From IMG/VR virus record IMGVR_UViG_3300032318_000216, positions 1-26,466 of that record: a stretch of DNA of 26,466 nt, one strand, 5' to 3'. This document shows, in pieces, positions 7,391-16,126 of the stretch (position 1 is the first letter of the stretch; each line of letters begins with the position of its first letter). This stretch comes from a virus. Its lineage: Duplodnaviria > Caudoviricetes. The notes below the pieces were generated by a model, which did no database searches, was not told the DNA's origin, and was given only the letters and a program-made list of their open reading frames with translations. Both the position numbers and the translations under genes were made by a program.

Positions 7391-7831
7391 TCAGGCGCCT
7401 GTAGCAGCACCGCCGGCGATGGTCAAATCAATCGGCTGCAGCCCCAGCTCAGCGTCGATGGTGCCATCAGATCCAAGGGTGACGGTCACGTTGACGTAGC
7501 CAGCGCTGCGGTGTTCTTCTTCTGGAGCTTCGATGTATCGCCAGCGGGTATTGGTTGGTGCCACGTTGCCGGTGAAGGTGTGTCCCTTCCAAATAATTGG
7601 CGGCAGCTGGAAGCTCCTGTAGCCGCCACCCTGGCCCTGGTAATGCTCGCGGATCAGCGCTGCCTCAGCGTCTGTGAGCGCGGTGTAGCCAATCGTCAGC
7701 TGGTAGTTCTGTGGCGTGACGCTATGCCTGAACCTGACAATGCCAGCGCTCAGTGATGGCTGCTCCGTCAGCGGGAATAGCCCGAAGTCGTAGGCCCTGG
7801 TGGCAGGCTCCAGCTCAGGGAACGTAGCCAT
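7391..7831 (-). CDS. Minor tail protein (distal-tail/gpM-like), paralogue of 8273..8824
   Basis: 'MATFPEL.P..R', 'L.Y..LT.AE..LIR.HY.GQ.G....F.LP', 'WRY..AP'. Confidence 0.7.
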   Translation of the reverse strand: MATFPELEPATRAYDFGLFPLTEQPSLSAGIVRFRHSVTPQNYQLTIGYTALTDAEAALIREHYQGQGGGYRSFQLPPIIWKGHTFTGNVAPTNTRWRYIEAPEEEHRSAGYVNVTVTLGSDGTIDAELGLQPIDLTIAGGAATGA

Positions 7832-8247
7832 TAGTTCTGCAGCGTGATGGTGCTCGCAGCCACTGAGAAGGTGCCGCCGCTGCTGGATACATCGCTGCCA
7901 AAATCGGCATAGGCAACCAGTTCATCAGCGCTTGATGCGCCACCGCGAGATTTGTAGTAGACGCAGCCGCGAGCGGTGATGGTGCTACTGGCCCAGGATA
8001 CGGCGCCGAACTGAATGGTTACTTTGTCGTTGGCGGTGTCCTTGGTGACGGTGACAGCAGACGCTACGCCGCCTGCGGTGTATCCAGTGCCGCTTACCTC
8101 GTTGGTTACGTCGTCGCGAAAATCGTGAGTATCTTTGTTCGGCGTGTAGCTGCTGGTTACCAGCATCGCCTTAAAGGTATTGGTGTCGAAGTCAATGTCA
8201 CCGCGCGCCATCTCGTCAGGTGCTGAGTTGTAGATCAGGGATGCCAT
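7831..8247 (-). CDS. Virion structural / minor tail protein
   Basis: Ser/Thr-rich beta protein 'DFDTNTFK.ML...NEVSGTGYTAGG...TITARG...LVAY.DFG.D.SS.GGTF', a common tail-associated family. Confidence 0.75.
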   Translation of the reverse strand: MASLIYNSAPDEMARGDIDFDTNTFKAMLVTSSYTPNKDTHDFRDDVTNEVSGTGYTAGGVASAVTVTKDTANDKVTIQFGAVSWASSTITARGCVYYKSRGGASSADELVAYADFGSDVSSSGGTFSVAASTITLQN

Positions 8248-8267
8248 AGCTGTGCCGGGTGATAGTT

Positions 8268-8279
8268 ACAGGTTAGGCG
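8268..8279 (-). promoter_or_regulatory. Weaker copy of the late promoter motif (CGCCTAACCTGT)
   Basis: TAACCT includes the upstream stop codon and lies 22 nt before ATG 8247. Confidence 0.35.
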
Positions 8280-8824
8280 CCTGATGCAGCACCAGCCGCC
8301 AGCGATGCGGTGATGGTGAGAGCAAGCCCTGGCGATTCAACGCTAGGCGCACCAGCCGCAAAGCTGATGGTGATTGTCTGCGCCAGTGGTGTCACCGTTG
8401 CCAGTGTGATGCCGATAGTGAACTCAGCCCCATTGATGTTGGCGCCCTCTGGTGGCACCGTCACCAGCTCAACGGTCACGTTGTAACGCTGAGCGCAGGG
8501 AATATCCTCAACCTGTGGCGCACTACCGTAAATCCAGCTGTAGCCGGTAGGGGTGAAGTTGGCCGGCGTGGTCATGCCACTAAGCAGGCTGCTCGGAATG
8601 TCAAAGGAAAGGAAGCGCCCCTGCTGGCCGATGTAGTGGCTGCGGATGCTGAGCATCTCAGCCTCAGTCAGCGCCACGAATGTGAGCCGTAGCTGCTGCT
8701 CCAGAATGACGTTGCTGGAGCGCACGCGAACCTGCAACCCATCCAGCGTGGGGATCTCCGAGTGCGGGTGCCGCCCTGGCGTGAAGGTGCGGCTGGATGG
8801 TGTGAGCGTGGGGAAGGTGGCCAT
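8273..8824 (-). CDS. Minor tail protein (distal-tail/gpM-like), paralogue of 7391..7831
   Basis: 'MATFPTLTPSSRTF...LTFVALTEAEMLSIRSHYIGQQGRFLSFDIP...WIYGSAP'. Confidence 0.7.
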   Translation of the reverse strand: MATFPTLTPSSRTFTPGRHPHSEIPTLDGLQVRVRSSNVILEQQLRLTFVALTEAEMLSIRSHYIGQQGRFLSFDIPSSLLSGMTTPANFTPTGYSWIYGSAPQVEDIPCAQRYNVTVELVTVPPEGANINGAEFTIGITLATVTPLAQTITISFAAGAPSVESPGLALTITASLAAGAASGA

Positions 8825-8826
8825 GA

Positions 8827-8964
8827 TTACCAGTGACCGTCAGGACATTTAGATTGCGGGATGCGGGCCTTGATTTGTATAAAGCACCCACACAACGCAC
8901 ATCGCTGAAGCGCAGGCTCAAAGAATGAACAACATTTGCAAATAGCAAGCCGCGTGTTTATCAT
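8827..8964 (-). CDS. 45-aa Cys-rich protein, DUF6171-like (not in the ORF track)
   Basis: MINTRLAICKCCSFFEPALQRCALCGCFIQIKARIPQSKCPDGHW*. ATGA overlap with the tail tip stop; ends 2 nt before the next ATG. Confidence 0.85.
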   Translation of the reverse strand: MINTRLAICKCCSFFEPALQRCALCGCFIQIKARIPQSKCPDGHW

Positions 8965-11228
8965 GGCGTTACCGGTATTCCGTCTTGCGTTATGCTATCT
9001 ACAGTGTATTCTATTCTCTTGCTTCCGTAAACTTGAAACGAAGTGCCGACCGGCGTAAATGTTCTGGAGCCGCTTGGCGCCATGCCACCAGTGTGCTGCG
9101 TGGTGCCGTTAGATTTTTTAACAACTATGCCCATTTGAATACTTGTTACAGTATTAGGGCCGCTGCAAATGTATGTTTCAGTGGCTTCCATGTTGCCGTA
9201 GCGCCACCCAGTAACACTAAAAACAGTGCTGGAATACGTGTATGTGATTTCAGATTCGGCAACGTAAACAGTATTGTTACTGCAATAATATAGCGTGTTG
9301 AATATTTCTCTTATGGTATAATTGACGATAAAGGTGCCACTTGTCAACGGGCGAAACTCAGAAATTTTTGGCGTTGGATTCCACGGAATCGGCGGACCAT
9401 ACCCATCAGGCGTTGATGGATCAGGGCATTCGGTTTCGGCGTATACGCTGTAGTCTGCATCGTTGATTATCATGGTGTATGACGGACCTTGCGTGAGATA
9501 GACCCTGCCGCCAGGGACAGATGGGTCTAGCCTGTACCACCTGGTAATGCCACCCTCGCAAATTATTGGAGCCGTAGCTGTATCTCCAACAGACGGCACA
9601 GGAGTAGGCAGTTCAAGATTGCCAGCAGAACCAGATCCGCCCGACGCATCCTGTCCACCCTTGCCATCATCAGGATTGCCATCCGTAGGATCAGCATCGC
9701 CAAATCCGCCGCCGCCGCCGCCGCCGCCAAAATCTTCAATATTGCTGGTGTAGTCAGAGAACACACCCGCTGTAAATGTCTCAGCCGGCACGCTGGTATC
9801 TGCTGAAGAGTTTACGTCGCAGGTAATGCCGCTCAGCCCTGTGGGCAACAACAGGCCGGTGCCTGTGGCGGCGTTAACCTCCTGTGCCACCACGCTGGCC
9901 AAGCTGGCATCAACCGGGAAGTGGGTGAGGTCAAGCTGCACCTCACCCGTGATCGACTTGCCGATGCGGTCCACCTCGTAGAGGTAGTCGTGAACGCTGT
10001 CCGCTCCGGTGGATGCCACACGCTCCAATCGCACTCGCACCAGATCACCGGCTGCCAGGGTTGGGTTGTATCCGTCAGGCTTTACGCCTAGTTGTAGCCG
10101 GTGGGTAACGTGCTTGCGCTTGGACAGGATGTAAGCGCCGACCTTTACTGCGTGGTTTTCAGTAGAGCAAAATCCGCTCAGGTCGTGCTGCTCATACGGG
10201 CCATCGGCAGCGGTGCCGGTATAACGCACCTCAGCAGTGCGCATTACAGGGATGCCTAGATCATCCTGCTGGCGCCAGAGCACCGTGGCGCAGAATGGCT
10301 TACGGTCTGCCAGTGGCGTGTATGTGATCTCAAAGCTGCCTGGGATTATGTGCTGCTCGGTGAACGTAAACACCCAGCTCACTGCCGTGGTTTTGATCGT
10401 GCCGTTGGCGTTGGTTGGGATCAGTGGCTTGAGCGCTTCCTTGCCGCCGATTCGCGCTTGACGCAGCAGGAAATGCTGGAGCGTGTTGCTGATCCAGTCG
10501 CGCAGGTTGGTGGATTGGCTGACCACGCCATTGAACCAGAACCCGTTGGCGTTGGTGAATGTCGCCGCTGCCAGGAAGCTGGTTGCGGTGTCGATCATTG
10601 CCTCAGGCACCCTGGAGCTATTGCGCAGCAGATACAGCAGCAGATCAGCCACGTTGTTGCTTGGCCCGGTGACGCTATCGAGTAGCCGTGGGACGTAGAT
10701 CCCGCCACGGATGAAGCAATGCACCTGACGATTCCACTGATCGAAGCCCGCCGGGATCGTGACCGCAAACGCCATCGTGCTCAGCCCGTCATAGGTGCCG
10801 CTGGTGCCGCAATAGGTTGGCGCTTCTAGGTTTGGCGTGTTGTCGATGAAGTTCCCGGCCACGAACGTGCCAGCTCGCCGGTCGTAGGTCTGGGTGAAGC
10901 TGCCCACCCGGCAGGCGCGCTGAAATACATCACGCACCTGGATGGAGTCGATCTGGCCCTCACTCAGGACCAGGTGGTAGCTGGCTGTGATGTTGCTGGA
11001 TGCATCATCTGAGAATCTGGCCTCTGTTGCCGGCGGACTGATCAGCACGCCACCAGTGCCACCAGTGCGGCGGCAGAACACAATTGGGATCGGCTCGCCA
11101 ACAACTGCGCTGCGCTGTTTCTGATCTAGGTTGTCGGCACCGCTGGCGCCAGCCTCGGTCAATGGTGTTCCAACCACTCCACCTTGAGCGGTTAGGAACG
11201 CAAGGGGATCGCCGCCGATGATGCTCAT
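8961..11228 (-). CDS. Tail tip / host-specificity protein (gpJ-like hub) with a variable C-terminal domain
   Basis: 'GEPIPIVF', 'SNNVADLLLYLL' and 'PTLAAGDLVRV' hub-like features; downstream of the tape measure; Gly/Asp linker followed by an AT-rich C-terminal domain. Confidence 0.8.
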   Translation of the reverse strand: MSIIGGDPLAFLTAQGGVVGTPLTEAGASGADNLDQKQRSAVVGEPIPIVFCRRTGGTGGVLISPPATEARFSDDASSNITASYHLVLSEGQIDSIQVRDVFQRACRVGSFTQTYDRRAGTFVAGNFIDNTPNLEAPTYCGTSGTYDGLSTMAFAVTIPAGFDQWNRQVHCFIRGGIYVPRLLDSVTGPSNNVADLLLYLLRNSSRVPEAMIDTATSFLAAATFTNANGFWFNGVVSQSTNLRDWISNTLQHFLLRQARIGGKEALKPLIPTNANGTIKTTAVSWVFTFTEQHIIPGSFEITYTPLADRKPFCATVLWRQQDDLGIPVMRTAEVRYTGTAADGPYEQHDLSGFCSTENHAVKVGAYILSKRKHVTHRLQLGVKPDGYNPTLAAGDLVRVRLERVASTGADSVHDYLYEVDRIGKSITGEVQLDLTHFPVDASLASVVAQEVNAATGTGLLLPTGLSGITCDVNSSADTSVPAETFTAGVFSDYTSNIEDFGGGGGGGGFGDADPTDGNPDDGKGGQDASGGSGSAGNLELPTPVPSVGDTATAPIICEGGITRWYRLDPSVPGGRVYLTQGPSYTMIINDADYSVYAETECPDPSTPDGYGPPIPWNPTPKISEFRPLTSGTFIVNYTIREIFNTLYYCSNNTVYVAESEITYTYSSTVFSVTGWRYGNMEATETYICSGPNTVTSIQMGIVVKKSNGTTQHTGGMAPSGSRTFTPVGTSFQVYGSKRIEYTVDSITQDGIPVTP
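9705..9728. repeat. (GCC)n triplet run encoding poly-Gly in the tail tip linker
   Basis: TCCGCCGCCGCCGCCGCCGCCGCC, read as Gly x8 on the minus strand. Confidence 0.9.
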
Positions 11229-11686
11229 AATTTGCAGGGTGCCCCGATCAACCGGGTGGAGAATGTGCGCGGCGGAACCTGAGCGCCGACTGGTGAAAGG
11301 CTGCTGCCTAGCTGCATCTGAATGGATGTGAAACCACCAGACACACCAACCACCTCGCCTAGATAAGACGCGATCAGCGTCTGCCCAGCCTGTGGGGTGC
11401 TGTTGCCCTGGATGGTGTCGAACTCATATAATCGCAATTCTGCCAGGCGGGCCTCGTCAAGCGCCTGCAGCACCACCTCCATCACGTTGGTGGTGGCCGG
11501 CAGGGTGATCGAGATCGAAGATTCCGATTGCACCTCGCCAGCGGTGATGCCATCAGCATCGAATGGCTGATATGACCAGGCCGCAGACTCCCAGGTAACG
11601 CTGGTGTTGACGTAGTAGGACTGCCAGCGCTGGTAGGTGGTGGAGCCAGAGAAGATGCGCAGGTACTGAGATTGGCCGCGAGCCAT
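11225..11686 (-). CDS. Minor tail protein (possibly gpL-like)
   Basis: Coupled to both the tape measure and tip genes; 'YQPFDADG...LGSSLSPVGAQVPPR.F...LIG.P'. Confidence 0.7.
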   Translation of the reverse strand: MARGQSQYLRIFSGSTTYQRWQSYYVNTSVTWESAAWSYQPFDADGITAGEVQSESSISITLPATTNVMEVVLQALDEARLAELRLYEFDTIQGNSTPQAGQTLIASYLGEVVGVSGGFTSIQMQLGSSLSPVGAQVPPRTFSTRLIGAPCKL

Positions 11687-14484
11687 TACCGCACCCCCGT
11701 GGCGTAACGCCCTGCTGGTGTGCGCAGGCTGGCGTAGACGCCATTAGCCGTTGCTCGCATGGCACGCTCCAGATCAGCCATGGAGACGTACTGCTGGCCG
11801 CCCTGCTGCATCACAGGGCCAGTGGTGACATTGATCTGGGCATTGCCGCCCACGAAGCCGCCATTGGCGAAGGCAGGAATTGCAGCACCACCTCGAGCGC
11901 CGTTGAGGTAGTTCATGGCGAAGGCTGCGGCTTTGCGCTCAGGTACGATGTACTCAGGCCCAGCCTCGCCAACCATCGCCAGCGTGGGACCGTTGACAAC
12001 GCCACCCTTAGCAAAGGCTGGCACGCTGAGCGTTGGAACAAAAGGAATATCAGGGCCGGGTAAGCGGTTGAAGGCACCGATTAACTTGTTGACCTGCCTG
12101 CCGACAGAGTTAATTGCATTGGCAATAAACTGCAGCACGTTACGCATTGCGCCTTTGACTGTGTTGACTACGCCTGTAAAGATGCTTTTTACCTTGTCGC
12201 CAATAGCGTTCATTGCCTTAGGCAGGAACTCGGTCAGGCCGATCCAGGCGTTGCGGATAGGAGTGACAACGTATGTGTTAAAGAAAGTGGTGATACCTGT
12301 CCATGTGTCTTGAATCCATTTGATTCCAGTCGTAACAGGCTCACGCAAGACTTTGTTCCAGAGGTCAACCCATGGCTGCACAAATACCTGATACGCCAGC
12401 GCGCCAAGCACTTTCATTGCATAACTAAACTCATTGCTTATCCATGCAAGTGCAGCCGTAATAGGCTCACGCAATACTTTGTCCCATAAAAGAATCCATG
12501 GCAAAACAAATACTGCGTAAGCCAGCGCATACGCCGTTTGCATACTGGCTTTGATGTATCCGCCAATCCAGCTAAAGAGCGTTGTGATAGGGCCGCGCAG
12601 CACGTTGTTCCATAGGTCGATAAATGGCTGCACGAAAATTGGATAAAGCAGTTTCACCAGGCCGCTGAACGCTTTTGAAATGGCACCACCTAGCCAGTTG
12701 AAGAAGTCGCCAATGGGCTTACGGAACAGGATTGCCATCGCCACCACTGCAGCCACAGCGAGCACGGTCCAGCCGACGGGGCCGGAGAAGAAGGCGATCA
12801 GACCAGGCAGCAGGGTTCCGGTCAGGAAGGTCAGGAAGCCGGTAAATGCGGCGCTGATTGCCGTGATTGCAGGGCCAATGGCTCCCGCCCAGCCGGCGAT
12901 GGTGGCGCCGATCTTTAGGCCGCCTAGCAGGCCAAGCGCTTTCCCTAGGAATCCAAGGACTCCAATCACTCCCATGATTGCTGGAGCCAGCAAAAGAAAG
13001 CCAATGCCAAGACCTCCAACCTTGATAATCAATCCTTGCACGCTGGGGTCAAGGCTTCTAAATGCGTCAAGCCCTTTTATTAGGTTGTCTGTCAATTTTT
13101 CCAGGTGTGGCAGCAACAAAATTGCAATGTCTGCCCCAAAGGCGCCGACTTTGCCTCCTAGCACTGTCAGCTTGTCGGCATACTTATTCATATCTTCGGC
13201 AAATGCGGCGGTCATTTTTACCGACATTTTTTCAATTGCATCGCCGCCCATGTTGAGCATTGGGATCAGCTCTGCCCCGCCTCTGCCCATTAGCTTCATT
13301 GCCAATTCAGCTTTTTTCGGGCCGTCTTCCATGGCCTTGAACTTATTGGCAATATCCAGCATTACATCGCCTGAGCTGCGCAGTGTCCCGTCTGAGTTTG
13401 TGATTGAAACTTGCAGCTCTCGGAATGCATCCGAAGCTCCTTTGCCAGTAAGTCCCAGCTGATCTAGCTCATCTTCCAATGCAGAATCGCCTGGATCTAT
13501 CTTGAGTGCCTTTATCGCATCCTCTGATGCGCGCTTATTGATTAGGGTTTGATCCTCTGCGCCTCGCTGGATGATTGCTTTTTGCCCTTCAACTCGATCA
13601 CGAATGGCTTTCTCTTCTGCGGCTTTGCGTTCGTTTAGCTGGTCGGTGATAACTTGCTTCTGATCCCGCGCCGCACGCTTACGCAGCTTGCCTTCCTCCG
13701 CTGCATTATTGCGGATAATGTCAAGCGCTCTATCTTCGCTGTCTTCCAAAGAGTTAAGACTTCTTTCGCGCTCTCCATCGGATAGCGCTTGATTTGATTG
13801 AATTGCTTTTTTCCTTTGGTCAAACTCACGTTGAATTGCCTTGATCTGGCTTTCGGTTCTATCGTCTGCCGCTTGTTCTGCAGCGTCTGCCTGGTCGTCA
13901 AATTGATCATTCAATAACTGTTCTTCTCTCCGATAGCGCTTGTTTAATTCTTTTAGCCTGTCATCTGATTCGTTTTCCAGTTTCTTTACGCGCTCATCAG
14001 CCTGCGCTTTTACGATTCTGGTTTGCTCCTTCTCGCCCTCCTCAACTGCATCCTTTGCCTTCTCCATTTCGGCTTTGGTCATTCGCCCAAAGTCAGAAGA
14101 TGAAACAGCCGCTGCCATTGCCTTGGACAGCCGCCCCAGTCCGCTTGTCACCGCTTCAAGAGTTGTGCCTGATAATGCCGCTGCCTTCTTGAACCTAGCC
14201 AGCATCTCCACGCTTACGCCTGTCTGCTGTGACAGGTCGTGCATCTTGTTTCCTGCGTCAATAGAATTTTTTGCCAACCCTGCCAGGCCCGCAGCGGACA
14301 GCAGCGGCACCAGGGAGCCCATGGAGCCAGCAAGGCCTCCAGCCGCACCAGCCATACCTTTGAGCCCGCCTGACACTCTGCTAGCGGCACTGCCCAGCCC
14401 GTTAATGGATCGACCTAGCGCTTGGACAGCGCCTGACCCCTCAACGTCTGCCTTGATCTTCAGCAGCGCCTGCATCTGTGCCAT
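11686..14484 (-). CDS. Tail tape measure protein
   Basis: 932 aa, Ala/Gly-rich, with 'DLSQQTGVSVE.L', 'GRGGAELIPMLN', aromatic W/F repeats and C-terminal 'FAKGGVV.GPTLAMVGEAGPEYIVP'. Confidence 0.93.
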   Translation of the reverse strand: MAQMQALLKIKADVEGSGAVQALGRSINGLGSAASRVSGGLKGMAGAAGGLAGSMGSLVPLLSAAGLAGLAKNSIDAGNKMHDLSQQTGVSVEMLARFKKAAALSGTTLEAVTSGLGRLSKAMAAAVSSSDFGRMTKAEMEKAKDAVEEGEKEQTRIVKAQADERVKKLENESDDRLKELNKRYRREEQLLNDQFDDQADAAEQAADDRTESQIKAIQREFDQRKKAIQSNQALSDGERERSLNSLEDSEDRALDIIRNNAAEEGKLRKRAARDQKQVITDQLNERKAAEEKAIRDRVEGQKAIIQRGAEDQTLINKRASEDAIKALKIDPGDSALEDELDQLGLTGKGASDAFRELQVSITNSDGTLRSSGDVMLDIANKFKAMEDGPKKAELAMKLMGRGGAELIPMLNMGGDAIEKMSVKMTAAFAEDMNKYADKLTVLGGKVGAFGADIAILLLPHLEKLTDNLIKGLDAFRSLDPSVQGLIIKVGGLGIGFLLLAPAIMGVIGVLGFLGKALGLLGGLKIGATIAGWAGAIGPAITAISAAFTGFLTFLTGTLLPGLIAFFSGPVGWTVLAVAAVVAMAILFRKPIGDFFNWLGGAISKAFSGLVKLLYPIFVQPFIDLWNNVLRGPITTLFSWIGGYIKASMQTAYALAYAVFVLPWILLWDKVLREPITAALAWISNEFSYAMKVLGALAYQVFVQPWVDLWNKVLREPVTTGIKWIQDTWTGITTFFNTYVVTPIRNAWIGLTEFLPKAMNAIGDKVKSIFTGVVNTVKGAMRNVLQFIANAINSVGRQVNKLIGAFNRLPGPDIPFVPTLSVPAFAKGGVVNGPTLAMVGEAGPEYIVPERKAAAFAMNYLNGARGGAAIPAFANGGFVGGNAQINVTTGPVMQQGGQQYVSMADLERAMRATANGVYASLRTPAGRYATGVR

Positions 14485-14804
14485 TACTTCGCCTCCTTGT
14501 TGATCAGGTCGCGTGCGTGCAGTTCCATGATCTGCAGGTCTTCCATCACGCCGGCCAGATCCTCGGTGATCTGATACAGGCTAGCCATCTGCAACACCAC
14601 GCCATAGTCCAGCCCGATCACACCACTGGCACCGCAGCGCCATTGCGTCATGCAGCGCAGGAACAGGCTCAGCACCTCCATGTGCTCGGGCCAGATGTGG
14701 TAGACCTTCGGCGCCAGGATTGCATCTGGCAAGGTCATGCCAAAGGCTGCCGCATCAGCAAGCAGCTCTTTGTTGGCGCTGCTGCCATGAAGCAGATGCT
14801 CCAC
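14484..14804 (-). CDS. Tail assembly chaperone, second part (gpT-like, DUF1799-like)
   Basis: 'WPEH...LFLRCMTQWR....G..GLDY...EDLQIME..A'; lies in the -1 frame relative to the upstream chaperone. Confidence 0.85.
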   Translation of the reverse strand: MEHLLHGSSANKELLADAAAFGMTLPDAILAPKVYHIWPEHMEVLSLFLRCMTQWRCGASGVIGLDYGVVLQMASLYQITEDLAGVMEDLQIMELHARDLINKEAK

Positions 14805-14812
14805 AGCGCCTG

Positions 14813-15193
14813 TTAGTTTTTTGCTTTGGCCTTCTCTGCGCTCTCGATGTAGGTCGTAACCAGCACGTCAGCGACTGTGGAGATCTCCAGCAGCTGCGCC
14901 TTGCTGTCTTCTGAGTAGGGGATCTGCGTGGTGTTGTCTGGCTCAAAGATGCCAGTCCAGCCGATCAGGATCTCGCTGGCGATCGCCCGGGTAGGCAGCT
15001 CGTTGATCACCTCATCGCGGGCCGCAAAGCTTTTGATGCGCTGATAGTCAAGCGCGATCTCATCCATGCGGCTTTGTGGCAGCCGTTTGAAGACTGCCTC
15101 AAATGTGTGGGTGCGGTAGCGGCCGCCGTCTTGGGTTTCCCTGATTGTGATTGGCCAGGAAAAGCTAGGCGTTTGCTCAAGGATGAAGCCCAT
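14813..15193 (-). CDS. Tail assembly chaperone (gpG-like)
   Basis: Between tail tube and tape measure; 'F.WP...F.A.FKRLPQ...ILIGW.GI...PYS...LL', ending AKN*. Confidence 0.85.
   Translation of the reverse strand: MGFILEQTPSFSWPITIRETQDGGRYRTHTFEAVFKRLPQSRMDEIALDYQRIKSFAARDEVINELPTRAIASEILIGWTGIFEPDNTTQIPYSEDSKAQLLEISTVADVLVTTYIESAEKAKAKN
14816..14822 (-). other. -1 programmed ribosomal frameshift slippery site A AAA AAC
   Basis: GCA AAA AAC TAA ends the chaperone; the -1 frame continues KLTGAVEHLLHG into the downstream ORF. Confidence 0.8.
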
Positions 15194-15196
15194 GGA

Positions 15197-16126
15197 TCAG
15201 GTCAGCGCGAGGGTAAATTCATCATTGCCTGCAGCGGTTGGCTGAGGCATGAACGGCAACTTCAGCATGATGATGCCGTCGTTGTCTTCGTATTCTGGCG
15301 AGCCCAGAGTACAGGTCGGCGCCGTAAACGTGATGATGTTGCCGGCAGTGGTGCCATGCACCCAAGAGAACTGGCCTGCAGTCTGGGTGCTAGCGGCGCT
15401 GAAGATGTTCTTGGTGGCGATCGTAGGCGCTTCGATTGTGACTTCACCCTCGGGCTTGCGGTCGGTGATCATCACCTGCTGGGTGCAGCCGGCCAGCTGA
15501 CGGAATGGTGTCTCGTTGGCTAGGTCGAGACTGAAGGCGCTTAGGCAAGCGGCGTAGCCATGCACCTGCAGGGTGGCGGTGTTGGCGGAATTGACCACCA
15601 CCGGATCGGCCTGGTTGCTGAAGGTCGGCGAAGGCTGGGTCTCGTCGGTTGGTGCGTTAAAGATGCCAGTGAAAGAAAATGAAATCTTAGGAATCTCGCC
15701 AGTTTCCAAGGCCATGCTCCAGGTGCCGCGGCAGCCGGTGACCTTGTGGCGCACGCCATCAGCGAAGAAGTAGAGCGTCACGCCCTTGAAGCTGGCGCTC
15801 ACAGGCGCATAGGTGACGCTGGTAGAGGCCACGATAGCTTCAGCAAACCCGCAGGCCTGCATCAGTGCTGACCACTTCGGCGCTGTGCCGGCTGTGCCAG
15901 AGCCTGCAATCTCCACGTCAAAGGAGACGCTGACTAGGCGCTGGCCCACCACCATCTCAGTGTTGCCGAGATAGCCAAGGATCAGCTCACGATCCTTCAG
16001 CTCCAGCTGCAGGGGCTGCACCTCAAGGGCTGACACCAGCACCGCATCTGTTGCTGCTGGGGTCGGGTCAGTGCCGTAGGTGGTTTCGATTTTTGCCAGC
16101 AGTAAACGCTTACGACTCAATGCCAT
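15197..16126 (-). CDS. Major tail tube protein
   Basis: 'LLAKIETTYGTDP', 'EIAGSGTAGTAP.W..L..ACG', 'G.RGT', ending 'GNDEFTL'. Confidence 0.88.
   Translation of the reverse strand: MALSRKRLLLAKIETTYGTDPTPAATDAVLVSALEVQPLQLELKDRELILGYLGNTEMVVGQRLVSVSFDVEIAGSGTAGTAPKWSALMQACGFAEAIVASTSVTYAPVSASFKGVTLYFFADGVRHKVTGCRGTWSMALETGEIPKISFSFTGIFNAPTDETQPSPTFSNQADPVVVNSANTATLQVHGYAACLSAFSLDLANETPFRQLAGCTQQVMITDRKPEGEVTIEAPTIATKNIFSAASTQTAGQFSWVHGTTAGNIITFTAPTCTLGSPEYEDNDGIIMLKLPFMPQPTAAGNDEFTLALT

Noticed and set aside
8664-8948. 94-aa minus-strand ORF in the track
   Set aside because: It overlaps 8273..8824 out of frame; the Cys-rich 8827..8964 frame fits the gap exactly and is more plausible.
8961-9400. 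Diversity-generating retroelement target or invertible tail cassette
   Set aside because: No reverse transcriptase, invertase, template repeat or flanking inverted repeats are visible in the window; they could lie outside it.
14978-14987. HIP1-like GGCGATCGCC
   Set aside because: An isolated occurrence; I saw no HIP1 over-representation beyond the general GATC richness.
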